DNA of 64,000 nt, from the NCBI RefSeq assembly GCF_963921235.1, contig NC_086108.1, positions 117,678,001 to 117,742,000 on the forward strand, in the 5' to 3' direction. The notes below the pieces were generated by a model, which made no database searches, was not told where the DNA came from, and saw only the letters and a list, made by a program, of their open reading frames with translations. Positions 13,364 through 24,130 of the stretch are shown here, in pieces. The DNA comes from Mobula hypostoma. Its lineage: Eukaryota. Each line of letters starts with the position of its first letter. The first letter of the stretch is position 1. Both the position numbers and the translations under genes were made by a program.

Positions 13364-13381
13364 ATCCTGCGCACAGCGCCA
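13364..13381 (-). promoter_or_regulatory. ERV primer binding site, tRNA-Ser
   Basis: Minus strand TGGCGCTGTGCGCAGGAT; 17/18 complementary to the 3' end I recall for vertebrate tRNA-Ser(CGA) (ATCCTGCTCACAGCGCCA). Confidence 0.85.
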
Positions 13382-13391
13382 AGACGTCAAT

Positions 13392-13737
13392 TGTGTCTCT
13401 CTACCATAGGCCTTTAGGTTCAGACCCGGGGAATAACTGTCAAACACAGTTTGCTTAAAAGTAGGTACTGTTTATTAGCAAGCTTGCGTTCTCAGTTGGC
13501 AACACAGAGTCCCTGCTCATCGAGTTTGAGAAAATCTGCAGCCAAGTGAACCCAGAATACAGTTTGGAGCTGCTGATATACATTGTTATCACATACAGAT
13601 AAGGGTAGACTGAGAAGCTTCTCATGGAACAAACACTTCATACATTATTTGTTCATACATTATTCTCACAGAACGACTTGTCAAGCTGCCACTAAGTTAG
13701 TAGGTTCTAGCCCTGTAATTCTGAATATAGTTCCTCA
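13392..13737 (-). repeat. ERV 5' LTR (about 346 bp; outer end could instead be 13670)
   Basis: Minus strand TG(AGGAAC)...(AGAGACA)CA next to the PBS; AATAAA at 13471-13476; TATA-like site near 13578; host C-rich tract starts at 13738. Confidence 0.7.
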
Positions 13738-16700
13738 TCTCCCCATCTCTCCCTCCCCATTTACTCCACCCCATCTCTGCCACACCCTCTCCATCATCCT
13801 TCCCCATCTCCTTCTCTACCTCCCTCTGCCTCCCCCTCCTTGCCCTCCCCTCTCCTTTTCCTCAACTCCCTCACTCCATGGCCTCCTCCTCCTTACCTTT
13901 CCCATCTCTCCACCCGGCTCCCATCAACCCCTCTTTCCCTCTCCCACTCCCCATCTTCCCATCTCCATCTCCACCACAACATCTCAAAGGGCCCAAATGA
14001 TCATTGGGGACCGAGTCACCCCAACCACAAATTGTTCCAGCTGCTAACATCCGGGATGTGGTACTGCAGCATAAAAGCCAGGACCAATGGGTTCCGGGAC
14101 AGCTTCTTTCACCAGGTCATCAGACTGATTAATTCATGCTGATACAATTGTATTTCTATGATATATTACTGTACTGTTGTACATACTATTTATTATAAAT
14201 TGCACATTGTACATTTAGATGGAGATGTAATGTAAAGATTTTTACTCCTCATGTGTATGAAGGATGTAAGTAATAAAGTCAATTCTCAAATTCTCCCCTG
14301 CCCCCATGGCATCTCCCCATAAACCCCTCCCCATCTTCCCCACCCCTTCTCCCTTCACCCTTTCTCATCTCCCTCACCCCTTCTTCCCATCTCCACCACT
14401 CCATCTCCCCCATCCACCTAATTTCTCCATCTTCCCATTTCGCTTTCCCCATCTTATCATCTCTCCCTCCACGTATCCCCTACTCTACCTACCCTCTTCA
14501 TCTCCCCACCCCATCTCCCCGCTCCATATCCCCATCTCCCCCACCACAACTCACCCAGCCCATCACCCTATCCCCCATCCTCATCTCCCCAATCTGATCC
14601 CCACGTCTACCCTACCTCATCTCTGTATGTCCCCGTCCCATTTCCTCATGTCCTCCACCCCAAGACACCCAACATCTCTCCATCTCCACCACCTCATCCC
14701 TCCTCCTCATCTCCTACACATCTCACTGACCCCATCTACCCCACCCCATCTCTACATAATTTCCCCATCCCTATTTCCCCCCACATCTCCCCATCTCTCC
14801 TCTACCCCATCTATCCCCACCCCATCTCTCCCACCACATCTCTTCATCACCCAACTCCATTTACCCCATCTCTCCGTCTCCCAATCTCCCCCACACCTTC
14901 CCTTTCCTCAACCCCCTCTCCCCATGTACCCCACATCATATCCACCACCCATCTCCCCATCTTCTCCTCCCCTCCCCATCTCCATCTTACCAGCTCCCTC
15001 ACCTGATGACCTCCTCCCCATCTCACCCTTCCATCTCTCCATCTCACCAACTCCATCTCCACCACTGCATCTTCCGATCTACCCCTGTCTGTCTCACCAT
15101 CTACCCCACCCTTCCCATCTCCCCCATCTGTCACCTTCCCCATCTTTCCCACCCCATCCCCACATCTTGCCACCCCATCTTCCCATCACCCTTCTCTATC
15201 TCCCCATCTACTCCAACCTATCTCCCCTCCCCATCTCCTCCTCTCCCCACCTCCGCATACCCAACTCACTCACCACATAATCCATCCCCATCGCTCTATC
15301 TTCCTATCTGCCTTTCTCCCCATCTTCCCCTCTCTCCCTTCCCAATTCCCTCTCTCTCTCTATCTCCCAACCCATCTCACCATTGTATCTCCCTACGCCA
15401 ACCCTATCTCACCATTTACACCACCTTTCCCAGCTCTCCATCTCCCCATCTCCCCTTCATATTTCTCTCACCCCATCGCCCTCACTCCATCTCCCCCATC
15501 CCTACCACCCCATCTCCCCATCCCCATGGCATCTTCCCCACCCCTTCTCCATACCTCCCCACCCATTTTCCTATCTTCACTACCCCAACCCCCTCCCCAT
15601 ATCCCACACCCAATCCTCACATCTACCCTGCCTTATCGCTTCATCTCCGCCACTCCGTCCCCTAACCCACTTACCCCAGTCTCTCCCCATTTACCCATCT
15701 CCGCAACTCCGTCTCCTCATTTGCCCCTTCCCATCTCCCCATCTTTGTCACCCCAGCTCCCCCTCCCCATCTCCCCAAATTCCGCCAAATCTCCCCATTT
15801 CCTCAACCCCATCTCACCATCTCCCCCACCTCCTCTCCCCATCTCCACTACCCAATCTACCCATCTCACTCTCTCAAGCTCTCACACCGCATCTCCCCTA
15901 CATATCTGTCTATCTTCACAAATCCACCACACTCCATCTCCCCCATCTATCTCCCCTGCCCCATTTCCCCATCTGTGGAATGCTCTGCGTCTGACTGCAG
16001 TGGAGGCCAAGTCAATGCATATATTTAAGGCAGAAGTTGATTGTTTCCTATTGGTCAGGGCATCAAAGGATATAGCGAGAAGACAGATTGAGTGGGATTC
16101 GGGATCAGCCATGATGGAATGGTGAAGCAGACTCAATGGGCTGAATGGCCTAATTCTGCTCCTATGTCTTCTGGTCTTATGGTCTAATCTCCCTCACCCC
16201 ACCTCCCCCTCCCTATCTCCCCATTTCTCCCTCCCCATCTCCCCACCCCAACTCCCATTTCCTCATTTCCCCAATCCATCCCTCTCATCCCGTCTACCCA
16301 TCTTCCCCTCCCTTTCCCCATACCCCCTCCCCATTTCACCCATTTTCTCCACCTACTCCCCATCGCCCTCACCCCATCTCTCCCACTCCATCTTCCCATT
16401 TCCCCTCCCCATTTTGCTATCTACACATCTGCCCATTCCATATCCACATTCCTCGCTCCCCATCTCCCCCACACCATCTACCCATTTCCCCTTCTCCATC
16501 ACCCCATCTCCCCTCCTCCCTGTCACCCTCATCCCATCTCCACATCTTCCATTCCCCATCTTCCTATCCCTCCTACCTGTCTCCCCATCTCCCCAGACCC
16601 TTCTCTCCATTGCCCTCATCACATTTCCCCATCTACCCTACCCCATCTCCCCATCTCTCCCACTCCATCTTCCCATTTCCCTATCTACGCATCTCCCCAT

Positions 16701-17275
16701 TCCATATCCACAAAGCCCACTCCCCATCTCACGAACTCCATCTACCTATTTCCCCTTCTTCATCACCCCATCTCCCCCACCCATCTGCCCATTTACCCCA
16801 CCCTATATAACCACCTCCCCCTCCCCATCTCCGCCATTTCAGCTCTGCATCTCCCCAAACCCATTCCCATCTCTCCTTCCACTTATCTCCCGCACCCCAT
16901 CTCCCCATCTACTCCACCTCATCTCTCCATCTTCCCCCACCCACCCCATCTCCCCCTCAGCTTCCACATTTTCTCACGTATCTCACCTACTCCATCTCCC
17001 CCACATCCTCCCCTTCCCCATCTCCCCGCCCCACCTCCCTTTCCTATATCTCCCACCCTATCAACCCCTTCCCATCTCCCTCACCCTAACATCCCTTCCC
17101 ATATTCCCATCCCATCTTCTCATTTCCCTCTCCCCATCTCCCCTTCTCCCTCACCCCATATACCCATCTCTCTTTGCCCATATACACTTCTCCCTCAACC
17201 TCATCTCCTCCTCCCTATCTCCCCCTTCCCAGTTCCCCCCACCCCATCTCTCCCACTTCTACTGCTCTACCCTGA
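13738..17275. repeat. C/T-rich low-complexity tract (CCCCATCT-like), interrupted by a Rex1-like 3' end (about 13983-14290) and a CR1 3' end (about 15972-16184)
   Basis: Almost no G on the + strand; recurring ccccatct motif. Confidence 0.9.
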
Positions 17276-18133
17276 GCCCAGTCACTGCTCCCCATTGGGC
17301 ACTCACTGTCCTGTTAACTTCATCTGCAATAACAGATGATTTTCATTATGGATATAATTGTACTTTCCTACATTGTGTCCACTTACTGCATACATTTCTC
17401 TGCCTCTGCAGACTTAACTCGCAGCTTTATGGCCCAAGTATCGGTTTTGAGTACAATCATGTCTCATGACTATTTGCTGAGGCACATTATCAGATACTGA
17501 TGGATAATCCGAATATAACCCCTTTTCCTGACTTTGTTTCCTCTCAGCTATCCACTGCCGATACTTTGTCCTTCACCCTGTGTGTACACTTGAGTATTCT
17601 TTTATGACATCTTAACAAATGTCTTCTGGAAATCCAACTACAGCTCACCCACCCAGTTCCCACTATCCACCTGTCTGGTATATCCTCCAGTAAATTTGTC
17701 AAACCATGTCCTTTGGCAAACCTATCTGTGAAATGATGCACTCTGCTTAATGATGTCCTTAATGATACTCTCGGGCCTTTTCAATAGACTAAATATATCC
17801 TGCTTTCTGTCTCCATTGTTTTGAATTCTGGAGTTACATTTGCTATTTTCATTCCTCCGGCCACCTTCAGAATCCATGGAATTTTCGTTGATTACAGTCA
17901 ATGCACAAGCTTTAAGATAGTGGATACATGTCATCAAGTCGAGGAGCCTTGAGGACCTTTTTGTCCCATTAGTGTTTCTGCTACTTCTCAGAACTTAGAA
18001 CAGTAAACATTACAGCACCATGCAAATCCTTCGGCCCGCAGTCTTCTACCCACCTTGTAATCTACTTTAAAATCAATCTAACGCTTCCCTCCAACGTAAT
18101 CTTCCATTTTTCCGTCATCCCTGTGTCTATCTA

Positions 18134-19470
18134 TTGGTGGCATCTGTTAGTCTTGCGAGACCATGGATCTGCACCTGGAGAAGTGTGAGGTGGTACACTT
18201 TGGAAGGACAAACTCCAAGGCAGAGTACAAAGTAAATGGCAGGATACTTGGTAGTGTGGAGGAGCAGAGGGATCTCGGGGTACATGTCCACAGATCCCTG
18301 AAAGTTGCCTCACAGGTGGATAGGGTAGTTAAGAAAGCTTATGGGGTGTTAGCTTTCATAAGTCGAGGGATAGAGTTTAAGATTCGCGATGTAATGATGC
18401 AGTTCTATAAAACTCTGGTTAGGCCACACTTGGAATACTGTGTCCACTTCTGGTCACCTCACTATAGGAAGGATGAGGAAGCATTGGAAAGGGTACAGAG
18501 ATTTACCAGGATGCTGCCTGGTTTAGAAAGTATGCATTATGATCAGAGATTAAGGGAGCTAGGGCTTTACTCTTTGGAGAGAGGAGGATGAGAGGAGATA
18601 TGATAGAGGTGTACAAGATAATAAGAGGAATAGATAGAGTGAATAGCCAGCGCCTCTTCCCCAGGGCACCACTGCTCAATACAAGAGGACATGGCTTTAA
18701 GGTAAGGGGTGGGAAGTTCAAGGGGGATATTAGAGGAAGGTTTTTTACTCAGAGTTTACTCAGAGTTGGTGCGTGGAATGTTGGGGGCTTATATGGGAGG
18801 CAGGGTTTGAGGGTCGGCGCAACATTGTGGGCTGAAGGGCCTGTACTGTGCTGTACTATTCTGTGTATGAAAGTCTTGCTTCAGTCTGTGGTAGACTGCT
18901 GCTTTCTGTGTTGTGCCGTCGCGGTGAGGCGATGCTGGAGTGTCCTCTCCAGGGTGAAGGCCTAGGCAAGGTTATATGGAAGACTGGCAGTTGCCCTTTC
19001 CACGACACTGATGTTGTCCATGGGAAGGGCAAGGGCCAGGGCCGATACAGCTTGGCACTGCTGTCATCGCAGGAGTTGCCAGAACGAGGTTGAAGGCAAC
19101 GTCGGACTGCCTTAGGGACTCCAGCTCCGGATTTGTCCTCAGGGTTTACCTCCGAAGCCTCTCCCATGAGTGGGTATGACCATAAGGCAGCAGAGGTTTG
19201 GAATCAGAGTTTCTCTCTCTTAGATAGACTACCTTCCCAGGCTGACGAGCTCCATCTACCCGAAGCATTGGTTTTAAGGCACCAGGACCCACCTTCGCCC
19301 CTTCTCCTGTCAGTAGAAACAGTTCTGCTTGGCTTAGAGGCTAAGCCACATGAGAAGGCCAGGAGTTGGACTTGGTTGTCAGAGGCTATTTGAGGCGCAT
19401 GCCGTGAGGAGCACTTTTAGGTAATGGGAGCTTGTCTCCACTACCACTCCTCGGCTTAACAACCTTGCAA
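18134..19470 (-). mobile_element. Non-autonomous RTE-like retroposon (5' UTR fused to 3' tail), interrupted by a CR1 at about 18176-18866
   Basis: 14-bp TSD cctgtgtctatcta/cctgtgcctatcta; 3' end CCATGGTCTCGCAAGACTAACAGATGCC resembles RTE tails (from memory); no RT ORF. Confidence 0.65.
18176..18866 (+). mobile_element. CR1 LINE 3' fragment
   Basis: ORFs 18163-18591 and 18588-18965 with CR1 C-terminal motifs (LVRPHLEYC, RGDMIEVYK). Confidence 0.9.
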
Positions 19471-21562
19471 CCTGTGCCTATCTAAGAAATTCTTTAATAT
19501 ATCTGTCTCTACCCCCATCCCTGGCACCCAGTAGAAAACTGACCTCTTACATGCCCCCTATAACTTCCTCCAACCATGTTAAAAATATGGCCATTTCTAC
19601 CCTTCTCTTTCTATGCCTCTTATCATCACCTCTCATCCTCCTTCACTCCAAAGGGAAAAGCCCTAGTTCGCTCAACCTAATGCAATGTTTGAACTATGTT
19701 TAGAAATCATGCTCTCTAATCCAGGCAGCATCTTGGTGAATCTCCTCTGCACTCTCTCTAAAGCTTTTGCATCCTTCCTATAACGATCAGAACTGAAAGT
19801 GATGATGATTGTTGCCTCCATTATCTCATTTGTTTAGATATTTTTAATGCCCCCATGGTTTAAATGCTCATGTTCTCTGCCTTTGATATGAAGCCCCTCT
19901 GTAGCTGCATCTGTTCCCCACCATGCTCTTTTCAACATTGTCTGGAATAGTTTTTGGGGTGAATGTGGTGTCTGATGTTCCAAGGGTCTCTACTGAAAAT
20001 ATAGCCTGGTCTATTTGTTCCAAGACTTCCCCAATAGTAACTGCCTCTGAGTGAAAGTGGACAAAGGCAGTCAGCTGGGCAGATGGTCACTACATTCTGA
20101 CACCTGCTGTCCAACTAGTCATACCACTCCAGGACTCACATTGCCCCCACCCTATCTTGCTGGCCAGACTGGGAATAATCATCTCAGCACTCACCACTCC
20201 CCTTTCTTTATACCAACCATTTCCCCTTTACACTCTCAGTCTCAATGCAGGGTTGGGTTTGATTTGGAAACATCGATAATTCCATTCCCCTCCATCCAAT
20301 GTTGTTTGGATTGTAAAAAAAGTAATTTTACAAAGATAAAAGCAGCTTTGGTTGACCCCAAGAGACAGCTGCTATCACACACAGAAGTCATTTCACCCTG
20401 ACCCCTACTGGCTGGATAAGCATACCAGGACCAGACTGCCCCAACTTACTGGAAGACCTCTCCACGCCAGGACCTATTGCCGCCTTCTGACAGGATGACC
20501 ACATCCCAAGATTGAAGCTCAGTTCAGCATCAGTTAAAGCAGTGCTTACATATTATAATGTGTTACAAAAGAAAGTCAGGCAGCAGTGTTGACAACATCA
20601 CATCCCTTCCCAATGAGCTGAACACATTCTACGCATATTAGGATTGTCACAATACTAAATACAAGAGATACTGCAGATACTGGAAATCCAGAGCAATGCA
20701 GGAGGAAGTCATCAGTCAGGGAGCATCTATGAAAATGAAGAAACAGTTGATACTTTGGGGTAAGAACCTTCATCGGGCCACAATAGTGCAATGAGTTGTG
20801 GACACAACTCACACATCAAGGAAACCAGCCTACCCTGCATGGACTGAAGATTGATAAGTCCCCGGGGCCGGACGTGATATACCCCAGGTTGTTGTGGGAA
20901 GTGAGAGAAGAGATTGCCGGAGCAGTAGCTTTGATCTTTGAATCCTCTTTGGCTGCAGGGGAGGTGCCGGAGGATTGGAGAATGGCAAATGTAGTTCCCT
21001 TGTTTATAAAAGGTAATAGGGAAAATCTTGGGAACTATAGACCGGTGAGTCTTACATCGGTGATCTGCAAACTATTGGAAAGGATTCTTAAGAATAGGAT
21101 CTACGAGCACATGGAGAAGTACAGTCTACTCAAGGATAGTCAACATGGCTTTGTGAAGGGAAGGTCGTGCCTCACGAGCCTAATTGAGTTTTTTGAAGAG
21201 GTAACAAAAGAAATTGATGAAGGTAGGGCGGTAGATGTGGTCTACATGGATTTTAGCAAGGCATTTGACAAGGTTCCCCATGAGAGACTTATCTAGAAAG
21301 TCATGAGGCATGAAATCAGAGGAACTTTGGCTGTTTGGATAAAAAAATGGCCAAAAGGAAGAAAGCAGAGAGTGGTAGTGGAAGGAAAGTATTCTGCCTG
21401 GAGGTCAGTGACTGGTAGAGTGCTTCAAGGATCTGTCCTGGGACCCCTGCTCTTTGTGATTTTTATAAATGACCTGAATGAAGAAGCGGAAGGATAGGAG
21501 AGTAAGTTTGCGGATGACACGAAGATTGGAGGACTTGTGGATGGAGCTGTAGATTGTTGAAG

Positions 21563-23435
21563 ATCACAAGAGGATGAACCGGACCTGGTGGCATCGAGAT
21601 TCATTGTCACCGAGGAGGATGTTAGAAGGGCCCTCCTGAAGATAAATCCAAGGAAGGCGACGGGCCCAGATGGCGTCCCCGGATGGGTTCTCCGGGCCTG
21701 TGCAAGCGAGTTAGCTGGAGAGTTTGCTGACATCTTCAACTGTTCCTTGCTTCAGTCTAAGATCCCCTTGTGTTTTAAGAAGGCAATGATAATCCCAGTG
21801 CCGAAGAAGAGCAAGGTGGCATTCCTGAATGACTATCGACCTGTGACTCTGACATCAATTGCTATGAAGTGCTTCGAGCGATTGGTTATGGCACACATCA
21901 ACTACAGCCTACCGGTCAACCTCGACGCTTTGCAATTCACCTACCGGAGCAACAGGTCAATGGCAAATGCCATCTCTCTGGCCCTACATTCCTCCTTAGA
22001 ACACCTGGAGAATAAAGTCGCATAGGTAAGGCTCCTTTTCATTGACTACAGCTCTGCCTTTAATACCATCATTCCAAATAAACTGATTCCTAAGCGCCGG
22101 AACCTGGGCCTTAGCACTCAGATCTGCAGCTGGATCTTCAACTTCCTCACAGACAGGACCCAGGCTGTAAAAATAGGGGACAAGCTCTCCTCTACAATCA
22201 CTCTGAGCACCGGTGCCCCACAAGGCTGTGTACTCAGCCCCCTGCTATACTCACTGTACACCCATGATTGTGTAGCCAAGTTTCCATCAAACTCAATTTA
22301 TAAGTTTGCTGATGACACAACAATTGTCGGCCGTATCTCGGGTAATGATGAGTATGAGTACAGAGAGGAAATTAAGAACCTGGTGGCATGGTGCGAAGAC
22401 AATAACCTATCCCTCAACGTCAGCAAGACAAAGGAATTAATTGTTGACTTCAGAAGGAGTAGCGGACCGCACGACCCAATTTACATCGGTGGTGCGCAAG
22501 TGGAACAGGTCAAAAGCTTTAAGTTCCTTGGGGTCAATATCACAAATGACCTGACTTGGTCTAACCAAGCAGAGTCCACTGCCAAGAAGGCCCACCAGCA
22601 CCTTTACTTCCTGAGAAAACTAAAGAAATTTGGCCCGTCCCTTAAAACCCTCACTAATTTTTATAGATGCACCGTAAAAAGCATTCTTCTAGGGTGCATC
22701 ACAACCTGGTATGGAAGTTGTCCTGTCCAAGACCGGAAGAAGCTGCAGAAGATCATGAACACGGTGAAGCACATCACACAAACCAATCTTCCATCCTTGG
22801 ACTCACTTTACACTGCACGCTGTTAGAACAGTGCTACCAAGATAATCAAGGACACGACCCACCCAGCCAACAAACTTTTCATCCCTCTTCCCTTCGGGAG
22901 AAACATAGAAACATAGAAAATAGGTGCAGGAGTAGGCCATTTGGCCCTTCGAGCCTGCACTGCCATTCAGTATGATCATGGCTGATCATCCAACTCAGAA
23001 CCCTGTACCAGCCTTCCCTCCATACCCCCCGATCCCTTTAGCCACAAGGGCCATATCTAACTCCCTCTTAAATATAGCCAATGAACTGGCTTCAACTGTT
23101 TCCTGTGGCAGAGAATTCCACAGATTCACCACTCTCTGTGTGAGAGTGGTGTGAGAAGGCTCAGGAGCTTGATGACTCATACGGCCAGATTTGGGAACAG
23201 CTTCTTTCCAACTGTGATAAGACTGCTGAACGGATCCTGACCCAGATCTGGGCCATACCCTCCAGATATCCGGACCTGCATCTTGGTTTTTTTGCACTAC
23301 CTGACTTTCCATTTTTTTATTTTCTATTTATGATTTATAGCTTAAATTTTTAATAGTTACTATCAATTTGTAATCCAGGGAGCGGGAAGCGCAGAATCAA
23401 AAAATTGTTTGGCGACAATAAAGTATAAAGTATAA
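21563..23435 (+). mobile_element. Rex1/Babar-type LINE, 5'-truncated, with a CR1 3' end inserted at about 22901-23143
   Basis: [69 protein letters not shown]; tail aataaagtataaagtataaag. Confidence 0.85.
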
Positions 23436-23837
23436 AGGATTTAGACAGGATGCAGAGTTGGGCAGAAAAGTGGCAGATGGAGTTCAATCCGGATAAGTGT
23501 GAGGTGATGCATTTTGGAAGGACAAACCAGAATGTTGAGTACAGGGTTAATGGTCGGTGTGAGATGAACAGAGTGTGGATGAACAGAGGGACCTTCGGGT
23601 TCAAATCCATACATTCCTCAAGGTCGCTGCACAGGTTGATAGGATAGTTAAGAAGGCCTATGGGATGCTATGGTTCATTAATAGGGGGATTGAGTTCAAG
23701 AGTAGAGAGGTCATGTTGCAACTCTACAAATCGCTGGTGAGGCCACACTTAGAGTATTGTGTTCAGTTCTAGTCACCTCATTATAGGAAGGATGTGGAAG
23801 CTATGGAGAAGGTGCAGAGGAGATTTACCAGGATGTT

Positions 23838-24130
23838 AACAACAGGAATTCTGCAGATGCTGGAAATTCAAGCAACACACATCAAAGTTGCTGGTGAACG
23901 CAGCAGGCCAAGCAGCATCTATAGGAAGAGGCGCAGTCGACGTTTCAGGCCGAGACCCTTCGTCAGGACTAACTGAAGGAAGAGTGAGTAAGGGATTTGC
24001 TTTCAAATCCCTTACTCACTCTTCCTTCAGTTAGTCCTGACGAAGGGTCTCGGCCTGAAACGTCGACTGCGCCTCTTCCTATAGATGCTGCTTGGCCTGC
24101 TGCGTTCACCAGCAACTTTGATGTGTGTTG
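23838..24130. mobile_element. Fold-back Penelope-like element terminal-repeat insertion
   Basis: Perfect 127-bp inverted arms 23873-23999 and 24004-24130; 35-nt extension; perfect 14-bp TSD tttaccaggatgtt. Confidence 0.9.
24033..24068 (+). ncRNA. Minimal type I hammerhead ribozyme motif (mirror copy on the - strand at 23935-23970)
   Basis: AGTC CTGACGA AGGGTCTCGGCCT GAAA CG TC GACT; predicted cleavage after C24064. Confidence 0.7.

Larger units (their letters stand above)
1..13737 (-). mobile_element. Defective class I (gamma/epsilon-like) endogenous retrovirus, interrupted by CR1 insertions, continuing beyond the window start
   Basis: Minus-strand order LTR, PBS, leader, gag, RT connection, RNase H, integrase; see sub-features. 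Confidence 0.9.

Noticed and set aside
13583..17469. Pro/Ser/His-rich ORFs up to 351 aa
   Set aside because: Stop-poor C/T low-complexity DNA with no recognisable domain.
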